64,000 nucleotides of DNA from Eledone cirrhosa (taxonomy: Eukaryota): the NCBI GenBank assembly GCA_964016885.1, contig OZ024749.1, positions 39,742,001 through 39,806,000 on the forward strand, in the 5' to 3' direction. The position numbers were made by a program, and so were the translations under genes. Below are positions 44,491 through 59,514 of this stretch, piece by piece (the first letter of the stretch is position 1; each line of letters begins with the position of its first letter). Under the pieces are notes generated by a model, which saw only the letters and a program-made list of their open reading frames with translations, did no database searches and was not told where the DNA came from.

Positions 44491-46947
44491 TCCCCCATAA
44501 AAAACGGGGCAACCAAATAAAAAACGGCTCCCCCCCATAAAAAAACGGGGCACCCAAATAAAAAACCGACCCCCCCTATAAATAAACGGGACACCCAAAT
44601 AAAAAACGGACCCCCCCATAAAAAAACGGGGCACCCAAATAAAAAACGGGGCACACAAATAAAAAACGGACCACCCCATAAAAAAAACGGGGCACCCAAA
44701 TAAAAAATGGGTCACCCAAATAAAAAACGGACCCCCCCATAAAAAAACGGGGCACCCAAATGAAAAACGGACCCCCCCATAAAAAAACGGGGCACCCAAA
44801 TAAAAAACAGACCCCCTCCATAAAAAAACGGGGCACCCAAATAAAAAACGGGGCACCCAAATAAAAAACGGACCCCCCATAAAAAAACGGGGCACCCAAA
44901 TAAAAAACGGGGCACCCGAATAAAAAACGGACCCCCCCATAAAAAACGGGGCACCCATATAAAAAACGGACCCCCCCATAAAAAACGGGGCACCCAAATA
45001 AAAAACGGGGCACCCAAATAAAAAACGGGGCAGCCAAATAAAAAACGGACACCCCTCCATAAAAAAATGGGGCACCCAAATAAAAAACGGGGCACCCAAA
45101 TAAAAAACGGGGCACCCAAATAAAAAACGGACCCCCCTATAAAAAACGGGGCACCCAAATAAAAAACGGACACCCACATAAAAAAACGGGGCACCCAAAT
45201 AAAAAACGGACCCCCCCCCATAAAAAAACGGGGCACCCAAATAAAAAACAGACCCCCCCCATAAAAGAACGGGGCACCCAAATAAAAAACAGACCCCCCC
45301 CAATAAAAAAACGGGGCACCCAAATAAAAAACGGAGCAACCAAATAAAAAACGGCCCCGCACATAAAAAAACGGGGCAACCAAATAAAAAACGGCCCACC
45401 CCATAAAAATACGAGGCACCCAAATAAAAAACGGACCCGCCCCATAAATAAACGGGACACCCGAATAAAAAATGGACCCCCCCATAAAAAAACGGGGCAC
45501 CCAAATAAAAAACGGGGCACCCAAATGAAAAACGGACCCCCCCCATAAAAAAACGGGGCACCCAAATAAAAAATTGGTCACCCAAATAAAAAACGGACCC
45601 CCCCATAAAAAAACGGGGCACCCAAATAAAAAACGGACCCCCCCATAAAAAAACGGGGCACCCAAATAAAAAACGGAACCCCCCATAAAAAAACGGGACA
45701 CCCAAATAAAAAACGGGGCACCCAAATAAAAAACGGACCCCCCATAAAAAAACGGGGCACCCAAATAAAAAACGGGACACCCAAATAAAAAACGGACCCC
45801 CCATAAAAAACGGGGCACCCAAATAAAAAACGGAAATCCCCCCATAAAAAAACGGGGCACCCAAATAAAAAACGGGGCACCCAAATAAAAAACGGACCAC
45901 ACCATAAAAAAACGGGGCACCCAAATAAAAAACGGACCCCACACTAAAAAAACGGGGCACCCAAATAAAAAACGGGGCACACAAATAAAAAACGGACCCC
46001 CCATAAAAAAACGGGGCACCCAAATAAAAAACGTTTTTTTATGGGGGGGTCCGTTTTTTATTTGGGTGCCCCGTTTTTTTATGGGGGGTCCGTTTTTTAT
46101 TTGGGTACACCGTTTTTTATTTGGGTGCCCCGTTTTTTTATGGGGGGGGGGTCCGTTTTTTATTTGGGTGCCCCGTTTTTTTATGTGGGGGTCCGTTTTT
46201 TATTTGGGTGCCCCGTTTTTTTATGGGGGGGGTCCGTTTTTTATTTGGGTACACCGTTTTTTATTTGGGTGCCCCGTTTTTTTATGGGGGGGGGGTCCGT
46301 TTTTTTATTTGGGTGCCCCGTTTTTTTATGGGGGGGTCCGTTTTTTATTTGGGTGCCCCGTTTTTTTATGGGGGGGGTCCGTTTTTTATTTGGGTGCCCC
46401 GTTTTTTTATGGGGGGGTCCGTTTTTTATTTGGGTGCCCCGTTTTTTTTATGGGGGGGGGTCCGTTTTTTATTTGGGTACACCGTTTTTTATTTGGGTGC
46501 CCCGTTTTTTTATGGGGGGGTCCGTTTTTTATTTTGGTGCCCCGTTTTTTTATGGGGGGGGGGTACGTTTTTTATTTGGGTACCCCATTTTTTTATGGGG
46601 GGGGGGTCCGTTTTTTATTTGGGTGCCCCGTTTTTTATTTGGGTGCCCCGTTTTTTTATGGGGGGGGGGGGGGGTCCGTTTTTTATTTGGGTGCCCCGTT
46701 TTTTTATGCGGGGGTCCGTTTTTTATTTGGGTGCCCCGTTTTTTTATGGGGGGGGGCCGTTTTTTATTTGGGTGCCCCGTTTTTTTATGGGGGGGTCCGT
46801 TTTTTATTTGGGTACACCGTTTTTTATTTGGGTGCCCCGTTTTTTTATGGGGGGGTCCGTTTTTTATTTGGGTACCCCGTTTTTTATTTGGGTGCCCCGT
46901 TTTTTATGGGGGGGTCCGTTTTTTTATTTGGGTGCCCCGTTTTTTTA
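44490..46947. repeat. 19-20-bp subunit satellite arranged as a large inverted repeat (axis ~46032)
   Basis: CCCCCATAAAAAAACGGGGCACCCAAATAAAAAACGGA runs to 46032, then its reverse complement. Confidence 0.95.
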
Positions 46948-47834
46948 CAACACCCTCCACCCACCTCCACCCCCATCACCTCTATTATCATCACCACCAA
47001 CAACAACACCCCTCCCCCACCACCGCCACCCTCCTCCACCCTTATCACCATCTCCCCCATCATCACCAACAACACCATCACCATCTAGTACGACACCAGC
47101 AACAACACCCTCCACCCACCTCCACCCCATCACTACCTCCTCTATCATCATCATCACCACCAACAACACCACAACACCCCACCACCTCCCCCCATCATCA
47201 CCACCGCCAACAGTAAGTGTAATGAAGGAAGACCACTCTGTATAGTGACTCACGTCGATGTAATCAAACGACCTCCAGTTATGAAGGAAATTTCTCCATT
47301 TTATTAGTTCTTGTCTATTTCTGTGTAAATATATTCTCTGGTTGCTTGAGCAATGTTGTTGTTGTGGTTTTTGTAGGTGTAGTTGTTGTTGTCGTTGTTG
47401 TGGTTGTTGTGGCTGTTGTAGTTGTGGTTGTTGTGGTTGTTGTAGTTGTTGTAGGTGTAGTTGTTGTTGTTGTTGTTGTGGTGGTGGTTGCAGCAGTTGT
47501 TGTTGCTGTAGTACTGGTTGTTGTAGTGGTTGTTGTATTTGTTACTGTAATAGTAGAAAGAATAGTAGTAGTAGGAGCAACAGCAGCAGCAGTAGTAGTA
47601 GTAGTAGTAGTGGTAGTGGTAGTAGTAGTAGTAGTAGTAGTGGTTGTAGTAGTAGTGGTTGTAGTAGTAGTAGTAGTGGTAGTAGTAGTGGTAGTGGTAG
47701 TAGTGGTAGTGGTAGTAGTATTTGTTGTTGTAGTATTAGTATTAGTGGTAGTAGTATTTTCTTTCATCTGCTTTTTATAGATTTCTTTTATTTTCATGTC
47801 ATGTATATACATATATATATATATGTGTGTGTGT

Positions 47835-47879
<45 letters not shown>

Positions 47880-48012
47880 TGTATCGAGGACACACACTAA
47901 ATAAACACATATATATATATATAAATATATATATACATATGTGGTGGGAGAGAGAGGAAGAGAATGAGAAGGTGAGAGTGAGAAAGTATTGGCATAGGCT
48001 TTAAAATTTCAC

Positions 48013-48760
<748 letters not shown>

Positions 48761-48927
48761 TAGATAGGGGGACGGTGAGACTTCTAAAAAAATAAAACAA
48801 CACATCAATATTTTACCTATTGCATATACATGTATTAATGGGCCGAAACCATATTCATATACATACACATACACAGAAAGATAAATTTCCATACATATAT
48901 ATATATACACACATGCAGACACAATCA

Positions 48928-49000
<73 letters not shown>

Positions 49001-49166
49001 TAAACACAAAAAAGCACAAATACATATTTATACATATATACATACATCTTCCACACATACAGAAATATATATTTATGAATACATACATACATATTTATAT
49101 GTATTTATGTATGTATATATGTAAGTATGTATGTATGTATGTATGTATGTATGTATGTATGTATGT

Positions 49167-49500
49167 ATGATGTTGACTTGTTCTTCTTTTTGGTGAATAT
49201 CATCTTGGTTAAGAGAGTGGGACTGGCTTTGTGCAGTGCCTTTGCTCACTATAAAAGCTCCACGGCACAGGCATTGCTTTATATCTGGAGATCTCTCTGC
49301 ACTTGTCATCACATGGTACCATGGGCCCAGCACTGTGTCACTAATTGTCACAAGTGTAGTGTTTGTACCAGAGTTTTCAAGTCGCTGGCTGGACTAAAAA
49401 GTCACACTTGTTCAGCGCATCGGTAGGGGTTCTCCTACATGGATATAAAGTAGTGGCCGTACTTGAAAACGAGTTGGCAGCCACCATGTATGTATGTATG
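49167..49500 (+). mobile_element. 5'-truncated copy of the RTE-derived element
   Basis: Matches 21756-22080; C2H2 remnant HKCSVCTRVFKSLAGLKSHTCSAHR; embedded in (TATG)n. Confidence 0.85.
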
Positions 49501-49689
49501 TTGGAATGTATGTATGTATATCACACCTAGTATGTTCATATATATGACAAATATGTTGTTGATGTTTCTTGTCAGCTGTAACATTATTGCTAAAGGTCGC
49601 GCTGTTCATATTACTATATCAATGATGTTTTCCCCGCAAATTTATTCAGACAAGGCTTTGACGTAACTCTTCACATCTATAGAATTATA

Positions 49690-50020
49690 TTAACCCTTTT
49701 GATACCAAACCGCCCGAAGCCAGCCCAGTTTCTACAATACAAAGCTGATTATTTTAAAGTGTTTATATTTATCGAAAATCCATCGCAGCAAAATTTGTGC
49801 ATGAAGTTTATTTTTCTAGAAACCAGCTTCGTAATGATTTCTCATTTAGGTACAAGGTCAGTGATTTATGGGGAGACGAAAGTCGTATATATTTGCCCCA
49901 GTATTGCATTTTCTTGGCCCCAAAAGGATGAAAGACGAAGTTGATATTGACTGGATTTGAAATCTGAACGTAGTGTCGTTTCATCCGACGCACACACGAT
50001 TCTGTCAATCCACCGGCCTA
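49690..50020. mobile_element. Left end of a piggyBac-like MITE followed by a diverged S1 SINE
   Basis: TTAACCCTTTTGATACC; then GGTACAAGGTCAG..GGATGAAAGAC..GGATTTGAA. Confidence 0.55.
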
Positions 50021-50678
50021 AACCAGCTCAATGATGAGAAAGTAAGCGGCGGTGAACCCAGATGTATAATTATGGGAATAAATTAAATGTTATATATATG
50101 ACACTTTTACGGGCTTCACTAGAAGGCTAGCTGACTAAATCGACAGTTGTTTGATTAGCTAGGAAAACGTGGATGGTGTTATCCAAACAAGATGTTACTA
50201 TAGCTGAGAACTATGTTTACATTGTGTACTGTTTAATTTAGAGATCAAATCACAACAGAACCTCCAGTCAGTCATATTGGTGGCCTCCCCACAACCCCGG
50301 CGGACAGAATAGAGAAGGTGTTTCTCCGGAGGACGGAGAGGGAAACGCGCTGGAAAAGCCACTCCAACTCGCGGGGCTCACACCTGCGGCTGGCCAGCTC
50401 AGCTCCTATGGTGGTATGTTAGTAAATCTCCCCAAATTCATGAATAGCTATTGTTTGCTTAAACGAACCTTAAAAATCAGGAGTCCTCTCCCCCTCCAGT
50501 GTGAATCTGTCTACAGGAACTTAGCTTGATTTTTTTCTGCCTTTGTTACTCTAAATATTGTTTTTTAAAGAATTCCCTTTTCTTTAAATCCATCAACCAA
50601 CGACCTCCACCCCTCCCAATCACCACCCCCTCCTGCCACCAGAAAAGATATAAATACTACCATATTACTTGGACAGTC

Positions 50679-50729
50679 GGCTTCCTGAGGATTTCTCCCG
50701 AATGAAACAGTTCTAATCCTGTAGAAGCC
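50679..50729 (+). ncRNA. Type I hammerhead ribozyme (family B), non-palindromic copy
   Basis: GGCTTC CTGAGGA T-TTC-TCCC-GAA-T GAAA CAG-TTCTAATC-CTG TA GAAGCC; 6-bp stem I, GUA site, U-U at the base of stem II. Confidence 0.8.
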
Positions 50730-50812
50730 ATTTCTATATTAAATATTTATACTCTGCAATGTATTGAGTACCTTACTTACTGTGGTTATACCCGATTGAA
50801 CCCGAGATAAAC

Positions 50813-50848
<36 letters not shown>

Positions 50849-50878
50849 GCACACACACGGATATATATATATATATTC

Positions 50879-50912
<34 letters not shown>

Positions 50913-51038
50913 GAAAATGAACGAATAAAAACAGAGGAGACAATTGCACACAATTGTATTAGGTTTACACTTGTTTATTTTTAATGGAGGGAGCGTTCAG
51001 GTCCGGAGAGAAGGAGGGGGTATGGTGAGACTATATAT

Positions 51039-51105
51039 ATGTGTGTGTGTGTGTGTGTGTCTGTGTGTGTGTCTGTGTCTGTGTGTGTGTGTGCTTGTGT
51101 GTATA

Positions 51106-51157
<52 letters not shown>

Positions 51158-51305
51158 CTTGTGTGTGTGTATGTTTGTGTGTGTGTGTGTGCTTGTGTGT
51201 ATGTTTGTGTGTCTGTGTGTGTGTGTGTATGTTTGTGTCTGTGTGTGTGTGTGTGCTTGTGTGTATATTTGTGTGTGTGTGTGTGTGTGTATGTTTGTGT
51301 GTGCG

Positions 51306-51349
<44 letters not shown>

Positions 51350-51386
51350 TGTGTGTATGTTTGTGTGTCTGTGTGTGTGTGTGTGC

Positions 51387-51472
<86 letters not shown>
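51039..51472. repeat. (GT)n tract
   Basis: Direct reading. Confidence 0.95.
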
Positions 51473-52175
51473 TTACTATAAGTCAACTTTCGTTTTAAAT
51501 CAGACCAATTAAACTCCGCCGGTTTTTGTGTTAGTTAAATAAAGGAAGACATCAGTAATTAATTGTTTCTCTTTGTTAAAATAGCTAATTAATAATATTC
51601 AATTAATCACACTATCAAGTAATTAACTATTTACAAAAACAACTCTGTTCCTGTCACGCCCTCGATAGGTGGCGCTGATGATAGTTTACTGTACAAGGTA
51701 TATTTTAGTCAGCATAGTCATCATCATCATCATTCTGACCATCATCACCATCATTATCCTCATCATCGTCCTCCCCCTCATCATCATCATCATCATCACT
51801 TTCACCATCATCATCGCCATCATCATCACCACCACCACCACCACCACCACCACCACCACCAACATCATCATCATCGTTCTCCTCCTCCTCATTATCTACC
51901 ACCACCACCACCACCACCACCAACATCATCATCATCATCACCACCAACATCACTTTCACCATCATCAACGCCATCATCACCACCACCACCACCATCACCA
52001 CCATCACCACCACCACCACCATCATATGTACTTCAACCCCCACCCCTATCCCACTATTATTGTCTCCAATGGAAAGATCACATTGGATTAGGTAGTCCTA
52101 GACAAACAAGACAGGGTGGTCGTGAGTGGAAAGGTTTCTATCAAAGTTCTACCAATCCACCGCCTCTCCATAATA

Positions 52176-52592
52176 TAATTACTTCTACTTTAAGCACAAG
52201 GCCAGCAATTTGAAAGGGGAGAAGGGTAGTCGATTAAATCGACCCCAGTGTATTACTGGTACTTTATTTTATCGACCCCGTAAGGATGAAAGGCAAAGTT
52301 AACGTCAGCGGGATTTAAACTCAGAACTTAAAGGGCCATAACTCTATGCTATAAGCATGGTGTCTGGCGTTCTGCCGATACTGCCAATCCACCGCCTCTC
52401 GATAATATAATTGTTTCTATTTTAGGCAGAAGGCCAGCAATTACCCAGTACACGACTGGTACTTTATTTTATCGACCCCCGTAAGGATGAAAGGCAAAGT
52501 TAACCTCGGCGGGATTTGAACTCAGATCATAAAGGGACGTAACTCTATGCTTCAAAGCATGGCGTCCGACCCTCTACCGATACTGCCAATCC
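52176..52592 (-). mobile_element. Tandem SINE S1 copies (52176-52398, 52408-52592)
   Basis: S1 consensus, head to tail. Confidence 0.9.
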
Positions 52593-52637
52593 AATAATGA
52601 AAGCAATGATCAGTCAGTTGAAAACTTGTCACCACCG

Positions 52638-53300
52638 ACGTTATTGTTCACAAATAGCCATATAAAATATATAAAATTACAACAGTAAAATCGATGCTGC
52701 AAACATTAACAACAATAACTAGGGAAAATTGAAAAATCGATGACTTTGCAAAGGAGGCCGCTTGCGATATTTATTCTGCACAATTTTACACAAAAAGTGT
52801 CTTGTCTTTGAAGAGATACAATATTTCAATGTCTGGTCCATTAGAGACGCTAAATTACGACGCTATTGTTCATAAATGATGAAATTACAACAGCAAAAAC
52901 GATGATGCAAACATTAACAACAATAACTAGAGGAAAATTGAAAAACCGATGACTTTGCAAAGGAGGTCGCTTGCGATATTTATTCTGCACAATTTTAGGC
53001 CAAAAAGTGTCTTGTCTTTGAAGAGATACAATATTTCAATGTCTGGTCCATTAGAGACGCTAAATTACGACGCTATTGTTCATAAATGATGAAATTACAA
53101 CAGCAAAAACGATGATGCAAACATTAACAACAATAACTAGAGGAAAATTGAAAAACCGATGACTTTGCAAAGGAGGTCGCTTGCGATATTTATTCTGCAC
53201 AATTTTAGGCCAAAAAGTGTCTTGTCTTTGAAGAGATACAATATTTCAATGTCTGGTCCGTTAGAGACAAATAAATTACGACGCTATTGTTCACAAATAG
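52638..53300. repeat. ~210-bp tandem repeat, 3 copies
   Basis: GACTTTGCAAAGGAGG at 52742, 52951 and 53161. Confidence 0.95.
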
Positions 53301-53564
53301 CGATAAGAAATAAAATAATACATGTATACAAACACATCTACAACAAAAAACAATTACAGCTACAACAATATAAAAACATCAGTAAGAAAATAGTTTGAGT
53401 AAATGGAGAGGAATGTGGGTAAAAGCGTGGATTAAAGAGGTTTATTATCTCAATTTCCCGCTCAAACGACGACATATTTCACAGAACACTAACAATTTCA
53501 GACTTATGTAATTTACTCTGACATTTGCCATAATGTATCTTGACTCTGTTGTAACTGTTGTGTT

Positions 53565-53568
53565 TTGG

Positions 53569-53600
<32 letters not shown>

Positions 53601-54830
53601 GAGGGTGGTGGTGATGTTGGTGGTTGCGGCGGTGGTGGTGGTTGTTGTGGTGGTGGGGGGTGAGGGTGGTGGTGATGTTGGTGGTGGTTTTGGTGGTGGT
53701 TGTGGTGGTGGTGGTAGCGGTGATGTTGGTGGTGGTTTTGGTGGTGGTTGTGCTGGTGGTGGTGATGTTGGTGGTGGTTGCGGTGGTGGTGGTTGTTGTG
53801 GTGGTTGTTGTGGTGGTGGTGGGGGTGGCGGTGGCGGTGATGTTGGTGGTGGTTGTGGGGGTTGGGGGGGGGATGTTGGTGGTGGTTGTGGTGGTGGTGG
53901 CGGTGATGTTGGCGGTGGTTGAGGTGGTGGTGGTGGGGGTGGTGGGGGGTGGTGGTGGTGAGGGTGGCGGTCGTGGTTGTGGTGAGGGTGGTGGTGGTGG
54001 TGGTGGTGTTGGTGGTAATGGTTGTGGTGAGGGTGGTGGTGGTCGTCCCGAAGTCATTTTTAAGGGTATTTGTTGTTGTTGGTTGCTGAAGTTTGTAGGG
54101 TCACGGTGCTGGTGTGAGTAGTTGCGTTAGCGGTAGGGGTGGTGATGATAGTGGGGCTGATATTGTTGTTAATGTTGTTATTGATATTGTTAGTGGTAGG
54201 GTTGTAATGGTGATGGTGTTAGTGTTGTTAGTATTGATGGTAGCGATGGTTGGGTGGTGTTGATTTTGATAATGGTGGTAGTTGTGGTTGTGATAGTTGT
54301 CTTTTGTAGGTCGTGTTGTTGTAGCTGGTGGTGACAGTCGTGATAATGGTAGTGCTGGTGGTAATGGTAATAATTGTTGGTAATGGTAGTTATAGTTCAT
54401 GGTGATGGTGATGATGATTGTAATGATGGTGGTGGTTGTAATGGTGATGGTTGTGATGGTGGTTGTAATGACGGTGGTAGTTGTAATCATGATGGTGGAG
54501 GTTGTGATTGTGGTGGCTGTGATGGTGGTGGCTGTGATGGATGTGATTGTAGTTGCGATGGTAGTGGTGATTGTAATAATGACGTTGATGGTTGTGATTG
54601 TGTTGGCTGTGATGGTGGTGGTGTGATATGGTTGTGGTAGTGGTTGTAATGATAATGGTGGTGTGATATGGTTGTGGTAGTGGTTGTAATGATAATGGTG
54701 GTGTGATATGGTTGTGGTAGTGGTTGTAATGATAATGGTGGTGTGATATGGTTGTGGTAGTGGTTGTAATGATAATGGTGGTGTGATATGGTTGTGGTAG
54801 TGGTTGTAATGATGATGGTGGGTGTGATAG
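53565..54830. repeat. GGT/GAT-rich low complexity ending in a 40-bp minisatellite x5 (54617-54830)
   Basis: GGTGTGATATGGTTGTGGTAGTGGTTGTAATGATAATGGT repeats. Confidence 0.9.
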
Positions 54831-55681
54831 GTGATGTTGTCAGTGGTGTTCTTATTGGATTTTTTAAAAAGTTATTGGATGTGGTTTTTTTTATTGTTTT
54901 GTTGCCGTTTTGTTGTTGCTGTTATTCTTGCTGTTGTTGTTTTCATTGATGACATCACAGTTGTTTCTGTTATATTCAGATTTCAGTATTCGGGCCCCTG
55001 TGTGATGCTTTGGGAACCTTGAGGCTCTGCCGACCAGCGACACACACACATACAAAATTGGGATGGGGGAGGGGTTTGAGAAGCTCAGTGTCAGAAACGC
55101 AACCAAATAGATTTTCTGTTCAGAACATCAAAAGATATCCATTGGGACATGAGCAGAAAATTCCAAGGTAACATGGGAATATTCTGTGACAGAACAGAAA
55201 AGAACCATTTCTAAGAATATGGTTCCACGCCGAGAAGATCAGGTTACGTATCCTTCTCCAAAACAACGAAAGCCGTCAAAGCAAATAGAAACTAATTCCT
55301 CGCTCTTCGAAATCAAAAGAGGCCACCCAACATGGCGTACTAGAGGCGGGTTATATAAATACACCTGACCTATGGCCGGCTTGGTAGCAAGGTCAGTTAT
55401 TTAACGAAATAACAACAGAATGAAACTAAATCAATAACAGTAATAATAACAATAGCAGCAATAATGAAAACAATAATTAACATTGTATCCAAAGAAACAA
55501 AAACACGATAGAAAATTCAAGGATATTATTATAGAAGAATTAACAAGAACAGACACTTGTTAAGATGGAAGTTTTTTTTTATTCATTTAAAAAAAGAAAA
55601 ACGTATCATAAACGATATATTTCTCTCACGATATCCCCGCCATGAGAGCAAAATTATTTCCACATCAAGAGTTAATGACTG

Positions 55682-55768
<87 letters not shown>

Positions 55769-55848
55769 GATATACATATATATATACATACATAAACACA
55801 CACACACACACGCATATATACATACATACACACACATCTATATACATG

Positions 55849-55978
<130 letters not shown>

Positions 55979-56053
55979 CATATAATATAGAGAAGAAAAC
56001 ACACTAGAGTGAGTGTGTGTTTATCAAGTTTCTGGCCCCGTTACTTCATTTTT

Positions 56054-56119
<66 letters not shown>

Positions 56120-56553
56120 TGTGTGTGTGTGTGTGTAATACATACATATAAATATATATATACATATATATGTCCCAGATCCGATAGAGAATGCATTCCC
56201 TGTGTATTGTACACACATTCGGCGTTGTTAACTACTCGTAAATAATTCCTTTTGCTCAGAGATTATTCAACATTTTTTTATCCTCTTTTATGTAAATAGT
56301 TTCATAATATCCTCTCATATTTTTCATTAGTTTCAACTCCCAACGGGGACAGTTTCTTCTAAACTTCCCAAAGACATTCCCGTCCTGTTTCTTTCTTATA
56401 TATATATTTACCATTTTTACTATTGTGTTTGTTTTATTGAAATGTAACCAATTTCAGCATTTTTTGTGGGGTTTTTTTTTTGTTTGTTTAGATATTTGGT
56501 TCCTAAATAATAGTTTTCTTGATTTTTTTTCGTTTGATCTTTTCATATTTCAG

Positions 56554-56603
<50 letters not shown>

Positions 56604-56933
56604 GTAAATATATATATATGTATGTATGTAAGCATGTATATATGAAAAAGTATCTATATACATATGTATAATTATGTATGTATATATATACATATGTATA
56701 ATTATGTATATATATATACATATATATATATATGCATATACACTCACACACACACATATACACACGCACATATATATATGTATATATATATATTGCCCGA
56801 TTTTTTAAATATTGCTTCTTATTCAAAGGGCGTGTTATTTTCTTTGGCTGTTTTTTTTCATCATTAAAGATAAACAGGGTTTAAAATGTCACTCCTTTAA
56901 CTTTTATTCAAGAACATTTTTTATGTTTGTATG

Positions 56934-57101
56934 CTAGAGGGTCGGACGCCATGCTTTGCAGCATAGAGTTACGCCCCTTTATGATCTGAGTTCAAATCCC
57001 GCCGAGGTTAACTTTGCCTTTCATCCTTACAGGGTCGATAAAATAAAGTACCAGTAATACACTGGGATAATTGTTGGCCTTGTGCCAAAGGTAGAAACAA
57101 T
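56934..57101 (+). mobile_element. SINE S1 (5'-truncated)
   Basis: B-box GAGTTCAAATCC and S1 body on the plus strand. Confidence 0.9.
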
Positions 57102-57103
57102 TT

Positions 57104-57572
57104 TTATTATTATTATTGCCATTGGTAACGCTTTTGCTCCGGCAAATGTTATACCAAATGTGCAAGCCATAGTCAATGACCAAAGATCCTTCAGGTCATT
57201 CATCCTCCTTAGAATCCTTGCTGTTCCTAGCAAGACTGTCTTCTGCAAAATCCCTCTTTCTTGTAATTCCTAGATTCTCAAACTATGCATCCAATCTTTT
57301 ACTAATTGCTCCCAGTGTGTCGACCACAATTGTTACCACTTCTACATGTCTGATTCTCCATAGTTTCCTGATTTTTCTCTTCAGCTCCTGGTATTTCTCA
57401 ACTTTCTCACTTTCCTTTTCATTCACCTTGTGTTTCCACAGTGAAGCAATATCCACAATTGTTATTCTTCTTTTCTACGACAACAATGTCAGATTTTCTA
57501 GCCACGATAAAATCGTCCCACTGGATGGCCATGTCCCACAAGATCTTATATTGTTCGTTTTCACCACACCCC
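57104..57572 (-). pseudogene. 3' remnant of an R4/Dong-type non-LTR retrotransposon (restriction-like endonuclease domain)
   Basis: Manual translation ENEQYKILWDMAIQWDDFIVARKSDIVVVEKKNN/IVDIASLWKHKVNEKESEKVEKYQELKRKIRKLWRIRHVEVVTIVVDTLGAISKRLDA*..LQKTVLLGTARILRR, with frameshifts and a stop; (AAT)n tail. Confidence 0.85.
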
Positions 57573-57782
57573 AATCTAATTATTGAAGTTGTTATCTAAA
57601 AACTGACCACTTCGTGTACACTTGCTTCGACAAAATCCTACCATCATTATTATAAATATCGTTTAATGTCTGTTTTACCAGGGGTGAGACAAATATATAT
57701 TTGTTTAGATATAATTGTTGTTTAGATATAATGTTTGCTAAAATGTTTCCAATTTTAGTGTTTTTGTAGTATATTATTATAC

Positions 57783-57950
57783 GAGGGTCGGACGCCATGC
57801 TTTGCAGCATAGAATTACGTCCCTTTTCGGTCTGAGTTCAAATCCTGTGAAGGTTAACTTTGCCTTTCATCCTTACGGGGTCGATAAAATAAAGTACCAG
57901 TAATGCACTGAGATAATTGCTGGTTTTGTACTAAAAATAGAAACAATTAT
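57783..57950 (+). mobile_element. SINE S1 (5'-truncated)
   Basis: S1 body on the plus strand. Confidence 0.9.
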
Positions 57951-58488
57951 TATACGATATACAGCAGATAGGTGGACAACATAATCATCATATTAGATAG
58001 AATGGCAGCCGTCGAGAAATTAAAAGTAAACTTAGAAAACCACTCTAGAACATTCCAAATAAAAGAATCTACGAATGCAATGCCTTCATTTCTAAACATA
58101 AGCACAACACAAACCTAAACATTCAGATAGACAGTAGAAAATACATTACGTCAGATTACACAAAAGAAAGAAATATATACACATAATTACATAGAGAGAG
58201 CGAATGTCCATACTGATTTAAAACATAAGTGGTAATATTCTTTAGAAGAACATTTCTATTTTACTCCCAAAACGAAACAACAGATAATGAAATATATACG
58301 GAATAAAATAAACAACGTCTATTCTATCAAAATAAGTAGACCAACTCATAGAACAATACAAACAAAAATACCAAGTAATGAATATGTCAAACATTACACC
58401 TATTCTGCAAGAAACCATACAGCGTGTACTATAGGAATCAAATATATAATGACATACTATACAATAGATGACCACTTTATAAAAATAT

Positions 58489-58659
58489 TGTAAAGCAACA
58501 CAACACAAAATATATTACACCAAACAATACACCAACACTAATGACAAACTACACACACACAAACATATACATATATATATGTTTGTGTGTGTGTAGTTTG
58601 TCATTAGTGTTGGTGTATTGTTTGGTGTAATATATTTTGTGTTGTTGTGTTGCTCTACA
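58489..58659. repeat. Fold-back palindrome centred on short (TA)n
   Basis: CAACACAAAATATATTACACCAAACAATACACCAACACTAATGACAAACTAC and its reverse complement. Confidence 0.9.
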
Positions 58660-58661
58660 GG

Positions 58662-58695
<34 letters not shown>

Positions 58696-58743
58696 TATAT
58701 TTATATATATATAATATTTATATATTATATATATATATATATA

Positions 58744-58935
<192 letters not shown>

Positions 58936-59204
58936 AGGTATATATATATATTATATATATATATATATTTAGTATATATATATATAGATATTATGTAATA
59001 AACAACATTCTGAGGATTGAAAGCAAAACCTTTTGCTTTTAAGAAACCACTGGTAAATGGAATAATTGCCTTATGTTGTTTATTACATAATAATATATAT
59101 ATAGATATACATATATATATATATTATATATATATGTATATACATACATACATACATACATACATACATACATACATACATACATACATACATACATACA
59201 TACA

Positions 59205-59314
<110 letters not shown>

Positions 59315-59471
59315 CCATCGATAAATAACAAAGCATAGGCTTGTAATCCCACGAACAAGCTACTAATGACCAATGGTATGTGCAAATTTGGTTGCAACTA
59401 GTCATGTAAACTCCATGACTGCAACTGGTACCATTATACACAGATACCATACACGAACCACGCCAACTCAC

Positions 59472-59514
59472 TTTGCTCTTTTAACAAGGATTTATAGAAA
59501 TGCACTATATCACA
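59472..59514 (-). CDS. Candidate 43-nt internal exon (CDIVHFYKSLLKEQ), product unknown
   Basis: Minus strand TTCTTCTGTCTCTTTTGTTCTGTGTTATACAG acceptor and AAA/GTGAGT donor; one open frame. Confidence 0.35.
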
